From: Eubacteriales bacterium
Lineage (GTDB): Bacteria > Bacillota > Clostridia > Oscillospirales > QAKW01
DNA: 64,000 bases
Direction of reading: 5' to 3'
Assembly: GCA_045539135.1 (NCBI GenBank)
Contig: JAZQET010000061.1
Coordinates: 1,032-65,031, forward strand
Each line of letters starts with the position of its first letter. Positions within the stretch are counted from its first letter, which is position 1. A program made the translations under genes and the position numbers. Shown here piece by piece: positions 47,323-56,185 of this stretch. The notes under the pieces are model-generated. The model saw only the letters and a program-made list of their open reading frames with translations, made no database searches and was not told the origin of the DNA.

Positions 47323-47964
47323 TTAGAATTTGAACGCGTCTTCGAAGGAGTCGATATAATGCTTTCCGGTCTTTTTCAACTCTTCCCAAAGCTCCGGCTT
47401 ATGGTTATCGTAAACGGAAACGGTATCGTAGCCTGCCTTGGTGGCATTGGTCACGGCGGTCAGGTTATCGTCGTAATAGGTGATCTCCTCCACCTTTACT
47501 CCCAGCACATCTGCCACATGGAGGAACAGATCGGGGGAGGATTTGCTCATCTTAAAGTCTTCCACCGACCAAACCTCATCAAACAGGTCATAGACCCCGT
47601 TGTTTTTCAAGCAGGGATCGGTGGCGGGGTGGGGGCTTGCGGTCAGCACAAAGAGCTTGGCGCCGCCTGCCTTCAGGTGCTCCAGATATTCCTTCACAAA
47701 GGGCTTCAGCCGAATTTCGGTGGCATAAACGGGGAAGAGGTTATCCTCCATCTCCTTGACCAAGCCCTCTACCGTGCCTTGGATGCCCAGCTCGTCGATG
47801 TAATACTCGGCGCTTTTGGTGTAACCCAAGGGGGTGAGGATCTCGATCATCTCGGGACCGTAAGAATATCCCCGATCGTCCAGCAATTTCAAAATACCCT
47901 TGGAATAATAGGGCATGGAATTGACCAAGGTGCCGTCCAAATCAAAACCGTAAACTTTGTTCAT
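47323..47964 (-). CDS. HAD-superfamily hydrolase
   Basis: Starts MNKVYGFDLDGTLVNS (DxDGT motif I). The C-terminal region has VYDDN. I place the start at ATG 47964. The longer track ORF (to 48063) runs into the MITE. Confidence 0.85.
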   Translation of the reverse strand: MNKVYGFDLDGTLVNSMPYYSKGILKLLDDRGYSYGPEMIEILTPLGYTKSAEYYIDELGIQGTVEGLVKEMEDNLFPVYATEIRLKPFVKEYLEHLKAGGAKLFVLTASPHPATDPCLKNNGVYDLFDEVWSVEDFKMSKSSPDLFLHVADVLGVKVEEITYYDDNLTAVTNATKAGYDTVSVYDNHKPELWEELKKTGKHYIDSFEDAFKF

Positions 47965-47989
47965 TCTTCTCTTTTCTCCTGTTTTTTTA

Positions 47990-48263
47990 AGGTGACAAAA
48001 GTAATCCGAACCCTGTTCTAAAAAGGCGGATTTCTGCTCACCCTTCGTTAAAATACTCGCCAATGCGGCAGCATTGGCTGCGGTTTATGCCTTGGTTGAA
48101 CAAAAATCCGCTCTTTTTAGAATCTTCGACCCCAAAGCAAGGAGATTTCGAGGGATTTTTGCTCTATCTTTTATGCAGATCGGCTGCCGCCGATCAAATA
48201 AAAATAAGTGAAAAGCACCGAAATGTCCTGCTTTGAGGCAGGTTCGGATTACTCTTGTCACCT
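47990..48263 (-). mobile_element. MITE copy B (274 bp, TA target-site duplication), inverted relative to copy A
   Basis: Ends are AGGTGACAAAAGTAATCCGAAC and GTTCGGATTACTCTTGTCACCT, flanked by TA (47988-89) and TA (48264-65). The right end abuts and overlaps the TAA stop of the Dabb gene. Confidence 0.85.
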
Positions 48264-48559
48264 TATACTTCGTAATCAAAAGAGGCACGGCTTGCCACAT
48301 TGGGGAGCACCAATCCGTTGGCGATGGCCTGATGGGCGGGGTGGGTCTGGTAAGCCTCCAGCGCCTCTTTACTCTCAAAGGCGGAATCCATCATCAGGTC
48401 CCCTGCGGAGCAAGGGAAGCCCTCGGTGAGGATGTGCATCTCCAAAAGACCGTCGATGGTGCCTAAAAGACCCTCCAGCTTTTCTTTGATCTGCGCCTTC
48501 ACTGCGTCTTTTTCGGCAAGGTCCTCTTTTAAGGACCAGATAATCATATGTTTAACCAT
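48263..48559 (-). CDS. Dabb (stress-responsive alpha/beta barrel) domain protein
   Basis: 98 aa. Starts MVKHMIIWSLKEDLAEKDAVKAQIKEKLEGL and contains HPAHQAI, the Dabb family pattern. Confidence 0.8.
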   Translation of the reverse strand: MVKHMIIWSLKEDLAEKDAVKAQIKEKLEGLLGTIDGLLEMHILTEGFPCSAGDLMMDSAFESKEALEAYQTHPAHQAIANGLVLPNVASRASFDYEV

Positions 48560-49166
48560 CTTTTTTTCTCCTGAACATTAGTTTTTGCAACTCTTTTTCG
48601 CTATGCGCGGGCAACAGACCCATTTTGGAAAAGGGCGGAATGACCAGCGCGAAAAAGACCGCCATAATCACCACTTCGATGGGCAAAAGCAGGGTGTTTT
48701 TCACCAAGCTGCCCCCCAGCACAAAGAGATAGCCTTTTCCGTAAAGAATGGAGCTCCAAAGGGCATTCAGCCCCACGTGGCAGAGATAATTGGTACAGAT
48801 CTTTGCCAAGGTCAGCCGCATAAGGGTGATCTTTTGGCGGTAGAAAAACAGACCGTAGATCAAAGAGACCAGCGCCTCTGTCAGCAGATAGCCGGGGAAA
48901 TAGGCATAGCCGGTGTTGGCAATAAAAAAGCATAAGGTATCCACCACCGCGGCGATCAGCACCCCTGTAACGGGACCGTAGACCGCACAACCGAATGCGA
49001 TGATGAAAAAGGTCAGCTTGATCTCCAATCCCATATAGACGGGGATCCGTGCAATGCCGTCCAGCCCCACGGTGATGGCGCAGATCAGCGCGGCAAACAC
49101 CAAGTGGCGGATGTCTTTCAGTTCCATGGCGGAAAGACGCCAATATTCTTTTGAAAAGATCTTCAT
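48552..49166 (-). CDS. folT: Folate-family ECF transporter S component
   Basis: About 204 aa with 5-6 TM helices. The start is MKIFSKEYWRLSAMELKDIRHLVFAALICAI. Preceded by a THF riboswitch. The track ORF N-terminal extension (to 49244) covers the riboswitch. Confidence 0.8.
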   Translation of the reverse strand: MKIFSKEYWRLSAMELKDIRHLVFAALICAITVGLDGIARIPVYMGLEIKLTFFIIAFGCAVYGPVTGVLIAAVVDTLCFFIANTGYAYFPGYLLTEALVSLIYGLFFYRQKITLMRLTLAKICTNYLCHVGLNALWSSILYGKGYLFVLGGSLVKNTLLLPIEVVIMAVFFALVIPPFSKMGLLPAHSEKELQKLMFRRKKDG

Positions 49167-49171
49167 AAAAA

Positions 49172-49272
49172 CCTCCAGCGGGATGCGAGATCTGCACGGC
49201 GGGAACCCCTTCGTTCCAAAGACAACTCCCCGTTCTTCGGACACGTGACCCGCAGGTCTCTACTCCAGAGTA
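49172..49272 (-). promoter_or_regulatory. THF (tetrahydrofolate) riboswitch
   Basis: The minus-strand RNA reads GGAGUAGAGACCUGCGGGUCACGUGUCCGAAGAACGGGGAGUUGUCUUUGGAACGAAGGGGUUCCCGCCGUGCAGAUCUCGCAUCCCGCUGGAGG. It aligns block by block with the E. siraeum THF aptamer as I recall it (GGAGAGUAG..GCG..GGGAUGUCGUC..ACGAAG..CGCGGUG..GCAUCCGCU). The SD GGAGG lies at the 3' end. Confidence 0.75.
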
Positions 49273-49302
49273 ATAGACTTGATTATCTTATCACAGATTT
49301 TG

Positions 49303-49989
49303 TTATTTTTCAAGGATAAATGCGCGCAAAATGTCGATGCTTTGAGCGGCGGCCTTGGCGGCGAAGGTGGGATAGTCCATTTTGGCATCTCCGCCCGCAC
49401 CGTCGGAAAGGGTGCGCAGGACCCCGAAGGGCACGCGGTTGATATAGCAGACCTGCCCGATGGAAGCCCCTTCCATCTCACAGCAATCGGCGGCGAAGGT
49501 CTTGCGGATGGCTTCCTTTTTCTCATCGTCCGCAATGAATTGATCGCCGGAGGCGATCCGCCCCACCCGCACGGGAAGTGCCAATTTTTCGGCGGCGGTC
49601 TTCAGCGCGGCGGTGAGTTTTTCGTCGGCGGGCAGATAAATCTTATTGATCCCCGAAAGAAGACCCTTGGGGTCGCCGATGGGGGAGGTATCCATATCGT
49701 GCTGCACCACATCCTGCGCCAGCACCACATCCAGCACGCGATCCTCAGGGTTCAGTCCCCCTGCCACACCGCAGTTGATAATGCAATCGGGCTTATAATT
49801 TAAGATCATGGTCTGGGCGCAAAGGGCGGCAAAGACCTTGCCGATGCCGCAGGTGGCAACCACCACCGCCTTGCCCTGCCAAAGACCTTGGGTGAAGAGG
49901 ATGCCGCTGACGGTCTCCTCTGTTTTTTCTGTCATTTCCTGCCGAATGGCGGCGGTCTCCGCCTCCATGGCGCCGATCAATCCGATCAT
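49303..49989 (-). CDS. mtnN: 5'-methylthioadenosine/S-adenosylhomocysteine nucleosidase
   Basis: 228 aa. Starts MIGLIGAMEAETAAI and contains CGIGKV, GVAGGL and EMEGASI. Confidence 0.92.
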   Translation of the reverse strand: MIGLIGAMEAETAAIRQEMTEKTEETVSGILFTQGLWQGKAVVVATCGIGKVFAALCAQTMILNYKPDCIINCGVAGGLNPEDRVLDVVLAQDVVQHDMDTSPIGDPKGLLSGINKIYLPADEKLTAALKTAAEKLALPVRVGRIASGDQFIADDEKKEAIRKTFAADCCEMEGASIGQVCYINRVPFGVLRTLSDGAGGDAKMDYPTFAAKAAAQSIDILRAFILEK

Positions 49990-50756
49990 AAGCGATCCTC
50001 CAATGTTTCCAAAATGGGAATGTGATATTTTTGGGCAATGGCAGAGAGTGCCTCCACCTCCTGCGGGTCATAGGTGACCCAAGGGGAATGGGCATCGGTG
50101 CCGATCACACCGAGGTTCCCTTCCTCTGCCGCCAGCTCCCAAAAGAGAGGGCGGGGGTAGATGCGCTTGGTACGCAAGCCTTGACCGTTCAGTTCCAAGG
50201 GGATGTCCATCCGCTTTGTCTCTTGGCAAAGGCGGCGCATCTGCTTGCGATAAACCGACTCGTCGCCCGTAAAATGCACAATATCGGGATGGCAAAGATA
50301 AAGGAATTTCCCTGTGGAAAGCCCCTCCAGCACCTGATCCACATAGCTTGCCAGCCGTTGCTCTTCGCCGAACGGAAGGGTGCAATCGGTATAGGAGCCG
50401 TCCTCATTGATAATAAAATGCTGACCCAAAAGAAGATAGTCCACCCCGCCCGCTTCGTCCATCAGCTCCAACTGTTTGGGAAAGCGCTTGGGATGGTATT
50501 CTGCCTCCAGCCCGCAATGGATGGTTATCTGCTCCTTGAATTGCTCCTTGAGCTGGCGGACGGTTTTGATATATTCCGGCAGTTGGCGGCACCGCATCCG
50601 CACCCCCAAATGATCAAACCGCTCAAAGGGGTTGGGGATATGGTCGGAAAAGCCTAAGATCTTCAATCCGCCTTCCGCCGCGTTTTGCACATATTGCCAT
50701 TCAAAGCCGCGGGCGTGATGACAACGGTAGGTATGGGTATGGTAATTGGCGATCAT
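49986..50756 (-). CDS. PHP-family phosphoesterase (histidinol-phosphatase-like)
   Basis: Starts MIANYHTHTYRCHHA, with later GFSDH and GTDAH. I place the start at ATG 50756. The track ORF extension to 51122 overlaps bioY and is rejected. Confidence 0.85.
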   Translation of the reverse strand: MIANYHTHTYRCHHARGFEWQYVQNAAEGGLKILGFSDHIPNPFERFDHLGVRMRCRQLPEYIKTVRQLKEQFKEQITIHCGLEAEYHPKRFPKQLELMDEAGGVDYLLLGQHFIINEDGSYTDCTLPFGEEQRLASYVDQVLEGLSTGKFLYLCHPDIVHFTGDESVYRKQMRRLCQETKRMDIPLELNGQGLRTKRIYPRPLFWELAAEEGNLGVIGTDAHSPWVTYDPQEVEALSAIAQKYHIPILETLEDRL

Positions 50757-51232
50757 CGAATTCCTTTCAGCCTCTTTCCGAGGCGCGCCCCCAAGGGCGC
50801 CAACAACAGGTCTTTTGCCAAGTAGGGCAAGGAGCCCAAAAGGAAGCTTTGCCAAAGGGTGTTTTGGGAAACAAGGGAAAACTGAACCGTTCCCAAAAGG
50901 TGGCAGACCGCCACCCCCAAAAAGCACCAAGGCAAGGAGCATCCGCAAAGGAATGCCAAGGGCAAAAAGCTCCATAAAAAGCCGCCGGTATAGCCCAGCA
51001 GGTGGGCAAGCCCGCCCTGAAAGCCGAAAAAGACCGGCGCACCCGCCGCGCCCAGCAGCAGCCAAACTCCCACCGCAAGGGGTGCATCCTTTTTGCCCAG
51101 ATACCCGCCCAAAAGCGCGCATCCCCCCACCTGCAAGGTCAGGGGCACACCCCCAAGCGGCAGAGCAAGCTGGGAAAGGAGCGCCATCAGGGCGGCACCC
51201 AAGGCAATGCGGGTCAAGCGTTTTGCGTTCAT
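50753..51232 (-). CDS. bioY: Biotin transporter BioY (ECF S component)
   Basis: 159 aa with 5-6 TM helices and GGVPLTLQ...GGFLWSF, BioY motifs. Adjacent to birA. Confidence 0.88.
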   Translation of the reverse strand: MNAKRLTRIALGAALMALLSQLALPLGGVPLTLQVGGCALLGGYLGKKDAPLAVGVWLLLGAAGAPVFFGFQGGLAHLLGYTGGFLWSFLPLAFLCGCSLPWCFLGVAVCHLLGTVQFSLVSQNTLWQSFLLGSLPYLAKDLLLAPLGARLGKRLKGIR

Positions 51233-52017
51233 CGGTAATCCTCCAAGGTCACTTCCCCCGAGGAAAAGGCGCGCAAAATGCCGTCTCTCTCCAGCAGAAG
51301 AGCCCCTGTTTCATCGATTCCTTCTACCTTCCCGCGGAACTGCTCGTTGCCCCGCACCACCGTTACGGTCTTGCCCGTAAGATAGGCGCGGCGGCGATAT
51401 TCCGCCAAGCAGGCGGGAAAAGAATCTTGGTGATAGCGTTCAAAAAACCGATCCAAAACGGCGGCACCCAAGCGGGGCAAAAGCGCCTTTTCCTGCGGAG
51501 CGTTCAGCGCATCCGCAATGGGAGCAAGGGCACCGAACCCTTGGGCAGGGGCGTAAACATTCAGCCCGATCCCCAAAATGCAATAGGCAAGCCCGCCGTT
51601 GGGGTCGGTGACCCCTTGGGCAAGGATGCCCGCCACTTTTTTATCGCCTTTATAAAGGTCATTGACCCATTTTATTTGCAAAGAAATGCCGGTGCATTGC
51701 TCCACCGCCTCCGCCACCGCCACTGCGGCGGTGAGGGTGATCTCGGCGGCATCGCACCCTTTGGGCGGGCGCAGCAGTACCGAAAAATAAAGCCCTGTTC
51801 CCTTGGGAGAGAAAAAGGGTCTGCCGAAGCGGCCGTAGCCCCCTGTTTGCCCGTGGGCAAACACCGCAGTCCCCTCCCTGGCGCCGCTTTCCGCAAGGGT
51901 GCGAAGCACCTGATTGGTGGAGGCGGTCTCCGAAAGAACGGTAACGGCATAATCCCCCGCGGCAAAGCCGCGAAGTTCTTCGGCGGTATACAATTTATCC
52001 TGCTCTTGTATATTCAT
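51229..52017 (-). CDS. birA: Biotin--[acetyl-CoA-carboxylase] ligase (class I, no HTH)
   Basis: 262 aa with QTGGYGRFGRPFFSPKG (GRGRxGR-type motif) and KWVNDLY. Confidence 0.9.
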   Translation of the reverse strand: MNIQEQDKLYTAEELRGFAAGDYAVTVLSETASTNQVLRTLAESGAREGTAVFAHGQTGGYGRFGRPFFSPKGTGLYFSVLLRPPKGCDAAEITLTAAVAVAEAVEQCTGISLQIKWVNDLYKGDKKVAGILAQGVTDPNGGLAYCILGIGLNVYAPAQGFGALAPIADALNAPQEKALLPRLGAAVLDRFFERYHQDSFPACLAEYRRRAYLTGKTVTVVRGNEQFRGKVEGIDETGALLLERDGILRAFSSGEVTLEDYR

Positions 52018-52050
52018 AGCTCTTATTATAGGGGAAAAGGGTGTGGATTG

Positions 52051-53358
52051 TCAAGAAAGGGGCAAAAGCATAAGCCCCAAAAGGGCGAAAAGCAGGGTGG
52101 GCAGTGCCACCGCGGCACCGTATTTGGTAAACTGCCCGAAGGAAAGGCGGATTCCTTGGGCTTTCAGCAGTTGCATCCACATCATCCCCGCTAAAGCACC
52201 CATGGGGGTGAAAAAGGCACCCAGATTGGAGCCGATCACCGCGCTGTAAAGCGCGGGAGTGGCCGAGGCATCGGTGATCCCTGCGGTGATCTCCGCAAAA
52301 AGCACGCTCATGGGGATGTTGTTCATCAGATTGGCACTGAAAAAAGAGGCAATGCCGTAGGCAGGGATGGCAGGCAAGGGGGCAAGGAGCTCCGTCAGCG
52401 TGGCGGTCACGCCCGTTTCCTTTAATGCCAACACCACCACAAACATAGAAAGCACAAAGGGTGCCATCTCAAAGGGTCCCCGCTTCAAGGTATCGGTCAA
52501 AAGGGAAAGGTTGCGGCGGCGGAAGGCAAGCCACAGCCCCGCCCAGAAAAAGAGACTGCAAAAGGCGCCGAAGGAGATCAGCCACATGGGCAGATCCAGC
52601 GCCGAAGAGAGCACCATCAGCAAAATGCAGGCGCCAAGATGCGCCACCCCCAAAAGCACCATGGGTCGATCCAAACGGGCGGTGGGGATAAAGTCGCGGG
52701 AGAGGGGAGCCTCCAGCTTCCTGCGAAAGAGCAGCCAAAGGGCAAAAAGGGAAGCGAACCCTGCCAAAAGGGTGGGGAGCGCCATGGCTTTCAGGTAGGC
52801 GAAAAAGCCGATCCCCCCGCCGGTGGCAAGGTAGATGTTGGTGGGGTTGCCGATGATCAGGATCATACTCCAAGTGTTGGCGGCCACAAACTCGCAAAAG
52901 AGATAGGGAAGGGGATCCACCCCGGCCCGACGGGTGAAATAGCAAATAAAGGGGGTAAAGGTCAAAATGATAATATCATTGGAGGTAAAGACCGTCAGCA
53001 CCGAGACGGTGGCATAGAGAATAAAAAACAGCGCCTTTTGGGAGCCGCCCGCCTTGCAGAGCAGGGTCTCTGCCAGATAGCGGAAAAAGCCCGCCCGATC
53101 CAAAAAGACCGAAAGAAGGGTCATGGAAAAAAAGAGCACCAAGATCTTCAAAGGATTAACGGCGGTGGGCGCGGTCAGCCCTTGCCATACCTGCTCCAAA
53201 GAAAGAGCACCGCCCGCCACCAGCAGAACGGCACCGAACAGGGGCGGCAGCCAATAGATACTGATCTGCTCCCCGCGGAGATTGATGGAAGGCTTTAAAA
53301 AGACCAGCGCGATCAAAGCGGCGCAGGTCAGGATACTGATGAGTATGGAATAGATCAT
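52051..53358 (-). CDS. ArsB/NhaD-superfamily (CitMHS-like) anion permease
   Basis: 435 aa with about 11-12 TM helices. The N-terminal and C-terminal repeat organisation is typical of the ArsB/NhaD permease fold. Confidence 0.7.
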   Translation of the reverse strand: MIYSILISILTCAALIALVFLKPSINLRGEQISIYWLPPLFGAVLLVAGGALSLEQVWQGLTAPTAVNPLKILVLFFSMTLLSVFLDRAGFFRYLAETLLCKAGGSQKALFFILYATVSVLTVFTSNDIIILTFTPFICYFTRRAGVDPLPYLFCEFVAANTWSMILIIGNPTNIYLATGGGIGFFAYLKAMALPTLLAGFASLFALWLLFRRKLEAPLSRDFIPTARLDRPMVLLGVAHLGACILLMVLSSALDLPMWLISFGAFCSLFFWAGLWLAFRRRNLSLLTDTLKRGPFEMAPFVLSMFVVVLALKETGVTATLTELLAPLPAIPAYGIASFFSANLMNNIPMSVLFAEITAGITDASATPALYSAVIGSNLGAFFTPMGALAGMMWMQLLKAQGIRLSFGQFTKYGAAVALPTLLFALLGLMLLPLS

Positions 53359-53434
53359 TTGAATTCCCCCGTTTCGCGGGATATTTTAACATATTCTATT
53401 GCCATATTCAACCGAAAGTGCTAAAATATTTTCC

Positions 53435-53932
53435 ATGAAAATCATCAGAAGTAATCGAAAAACCATCAGCCTGCGCATCAACCGCCAAGGGGAGGCGGAG
53501 GTGCGGGCGCCTTACCTTTGCCCCCGCGGGGTCATCGACCGTTTTTTGGAGGATCATCGGGAGTGGCTGGAGCGGCAGCTGGCAGATTGGCAACCGCCCA
53601 AGGAGCATTCCGCCCAAGAGCTGGCGGAGCTGCGGCAGCAGGCAAAGGAATACTTCCCTGCGCGGGTGGCGTATTATGCCCAAATCATGGGGGTGCACCC
53701 TGCGGGGGTGAAGATCACCTCCGCCAAGACCCGCTACGGAAGCTGTTCCCCCAAAGGGGGCATCTGCTTCTCCCTTTACTTAATGGAAAAAAGCCCGCGG
53801 GCGCGGGATTATGTGGTGGTCCATGAGCTTGCCCACCTGCGGCGGCGGGATCATTCCAAGGAGTTTTATAAGATCGTGGCGGCAGTGATGCCCGATTATA
53901 AAGAACGGATAAAGGAACTGAAAAAGCAATGA
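53435..53932 (+). CDS. YgjP-like (DUF45/M48-related) metal-dependent hydrolase
   Basis: Starts MKIIRSNRKTISLRINRQGE and contains YVVVHELAHLRRRDHSKEF (HExxH). ATG 53435. Confidence 0.8.
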   Translation: MKIIRSNRKTISLRINRQGEAEVRAPYLCPRGVIDRFLEDHREWLERQLADWQPPKEHSAQELAELRQQAKEYFPARVAYYAQIMGVHPAGVKITSAKTRYGSCSPKGGICFSLYLMEKSPRARDYVVVHELAHLRRRDHSKEFYKIVAAVMPDYKERIKELKKQ

Positions 53933-55653
53933 TCAAAAAGTTCATTCAATACTATAAGCCCCACCAAAAACTCTTTTGGTGGGATATGGTCTTTGCGGTG
54001 CTGGGGGCGGGGATCACCCTGATCCTGCCGCTGATGGTGCGAAAGATCACCGGCGATTTTATTTACCGCCCTGCCGATGAAGCCCTGCGGCTGATCCTGC
54101 TCTATGCGGCGGGGATGCTGGCGCTCATCGCCTTTGAGGCCTATTGCACCTATTTCACCGCCTATTACGGGCACATTATGGGCGCCCGTATGGAATATGA
54201 TATGCGGGACGAGCTGTTTCACCATTATCAGCGGCTCTCCTTTAGTTTCTATGACAACCAAAAGGTGGGCGCCCTGATGAGCCGCATCGGGAACGATCTT
54301 TTCGACATTGCCGAGCTGGCGCACCACGGACCCGAGGATCTTTTTATCTCCGCTATCAAGCTGATCGGCTCCCTTGCCATTATGATGAGCGTCAGCTGGA
54401 AGCTGGGACTGGTGGCCTTGTTCATCCTGCCCTTTATGATCCTTTATGCAGGCTCCTGCAACCTCAAGATGAAAAGCGCCTTCAAGCAAAACCGCATCCG
54501 CACCGCCGAATTCAATGCGGGGGTGGAGGATAACCTTTCCGGCATTCGGGTGGTGAAATCCTTCGCCAATGAAGAGGTGGAGGGCAAAAAGTTCCGCGCA
54601 GTCAACGACGGTCTTTTGGCAAGTAAGAAAAATGCCTATAAAGCCATGGGCACCTTCCATTCGGGGCTGGGGGCATTCACCACCTTTATCACCGTGGCGG
54701 TGCTGGTGGCAGGCGCCATCCTCATCTCCAAAGGGATGCTCACCGTCACCGACCTGATCACCTTTATGCTCTATATCAATAACTTCACCGAGCCGGTGCG
54801 CAAGCTGATCAATTTCACCGAGCAGTTCCAAAACGGTGCCACCGCCTTCGGCCGCTTTCGGGAGATGGTGGAGGTGGAGGTGGAGATCCAAGATCTGCCC
54901 GATGCCCAAGAGGCACCCCGCTTCAAGGGTGCGGTGGAGTTTCAAGAGGTCTCCTTCCACTACCCCGAGCACGAAAAAACCGTCCTCTCCCAAGTCAGCC
55001 TCTCGGTGCAGGCGGGAGAATATGTGGCCTTGGTGGGCGAGTCCGGCGCGGGAAAATCCACCCTTTGCAGCCTGATCCCCCGTTTTTATGAGGTCAGCCG
55101 CGGCGCCATCCTTGTGGACGGCAAAGACATCCGCCGTTATACCCTCAAAAGTCTGCGGGATCAGATCGGCGTGGTGCAGCAGGACGTCTATCTCTTTGCA
55201 GGCACCGTGATGGAAAACATTCGTTACGGTCGCCCCGATGCCACCGACGAAGAGGTGATCGCCGCCGCCAAGCAGGCCAATGCCCATGAGTTCATCCTCT
55301 CCCTGCCCAACGGCTATGAAAGCGACATCGGTCAGCGGGGCATTAAGCTTTCCGGCGGGCAAAAGCAGCGCCTTTCCATCGCCCGCGTTTTCCTGAAAAA
55401 TCCCCCCATCCTCATCTTCGATGAAGCCACCAGCGCACTGGACAACGAAAGTGAGCGGGTGGTGCAAGAAAGCCTTGAAAAGCTTGCCGAAAACCGCACC
55501 ACCTTCGTGATCGCTCACCGCCTTTCCACCATCCGCAACGCAGGCCGCATCTTGGTGCTCACCGAAGATGGGATTGCCGAGCAGGGAACTCATGAAGAGC
55601 TGCTGCAAAAGAACGGAATATACAGTGACCTTTATAACATGCAATTTCGGTGA
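53929..55653 (+). CDS. ABC transporter, fused permease/ATPase (MsbA/multidrug exporter type)
   Basis: 574 aa with 6 TM helices plus an NBD: GESGAGKST, LSGGQKQRLSIAR, ILIFDEATSALD. Confidence 0.93.
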   Translation: MIKKFIQYYKPHQKLFWWDMVFAVLGAGITLILPLMVRKITGDFIYRPADEALRLILLYAAGMLALIAFEAYCTYFTAYYGHIMGARMEYDMRDELFHHYQRLSFSFYDNQKVGALMSRIGNDLFDIAELAHHGPEDLFISAIKLIGSLAIMMSVSWKLGLVALFILPFMILYAGSCNLKMKSAFKQNRIRTAEFNAGVEDNLSGIRVVKSFANEEVEGKKFRAVNDGLLASKKNAYKAMGTFHSGLGAFTTFITVAVLVAGAILISKGMLTVTDLITFMLYINNFTEPVRKLINFTEQFQNGATAFGRFREMVEVEVEIQDLPDAQEAPRFKGAVEFQEVSFHYPEHEKTVLSQVSLSVQAGEYVALVGESGAGKSTLCSLIPRFYEVSRGAILVDGKDIRRYTLKSLRDQIGVVQQDVYLFAGTVMENIRYGRPDATDEEVIAAAKQANAHEFILSLPNGYESDIGQRGIKLSGGQKQRLSIARVFLKNPPILIFDEATSALDNESERVVQESLEKLAENRTTFVIAHRLSTIRNAGRILVLTEDGIAEQGTHEELLQKNGIYSDLYNMQFR

Positions 55654-55660
55654 AACCGGT

Positions 55661-55813
55661 GAAACCGCTGAAATCGGCGCAGACCGACAAGAATAAGGAA
55701 AGCCTCCCTGAAAAGGGGAGGCTTTTTTATGTCTTCGCCGTTTTTTAGTCTCGATGTATCGGCATACATCTTCGCCTAAAGAAACGGCGATCTGCATCCG
55801 ATTTGAGCGGTTT
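55661..55813. repeat. TIR-bounded intergenic repeat, copy 3 (carries a terminator hairpin)
   Basis: The ends GAAACCGCTGAAATCGG and CCGATTTGAGCGGTTT are inverted. The internal terminator is AGCCTCCC-TGAAAA-GGGAGGCTTTTTT (55699-55728). The right half is about 75% identical to the reverse complement of 4204-4315. Confidence 0.75.
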
Positions 55814-55845
55814 GGGGAAGGATGGCGCAGACTGCCAAAGGCAAA

Positions 55846-56013
55846 TCTGATCCGATTTGAGCGGTTTTAGGAAGTATGGCGTAGACCGACAAGAATAAGG
55901 AAAGCCTCCCTGAAAAGGGGAGGCTTTTTTATGTCTTCGCCGTTTTTTAGTCTTGATGTATCGGCATACATCTTCGCCTAAAGAAACGGCGATCTGCATC
56001 CGATTTGAGCGGT
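55846..56013. repeat. Partial tandem re-iterations of copy 3 (202-bp period), including a second identical terminator
   Basis: 55883-56013 repeats 55681-55811 almost base for base. An extra right-end fragment GATCCGATTTGAGCGGTTTT lies at about 55849-55868. Confidence 0.8.
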
Positions 56014-56185
56014 TTTAGTAAAAATTACTAAATTTTCGTTAAAAACAAAACAGAGCGGTCTGCTTTTGGTGGTTTTGACAATGGAATGTTACAGTTGTGT
56101 TACATTTCAACGATTTTATGGACACAAAGGGGCTCTTTATGTTACCATAAAGATGAAGAAATCTTGATGGAAAGGAGCGTTACAA

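Noticed and set aside
50757-51122. The 122-aa N-terminal extension of the PHP phosphatase ORF.
   Set aside because: It overlaps bioY almost completely in another frame. The conserved PHP start MIANYHTHT begins at the internal ATG 50756, which overlaps the bioY stop in the usual coupled fashion.
50746-52194. 482-aa Pro/Arg/Gly-rich ORF on the + strand across bioY and birA.
   Set aside because: It is antisense to two well-supported genes and its composition is an artefact.
53896-55797. 633-aa ORF antisense to the ABC exporter, starting with MQIAVSLGEDVCRYI. The sibling small ORF 55745-55999 has the same N-terminus.
   Set aside because: The shared N-terminus is just the translated intergenic repeat. 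The remainder is antisense to a gene with perfect Walker/ABC signature motifs.
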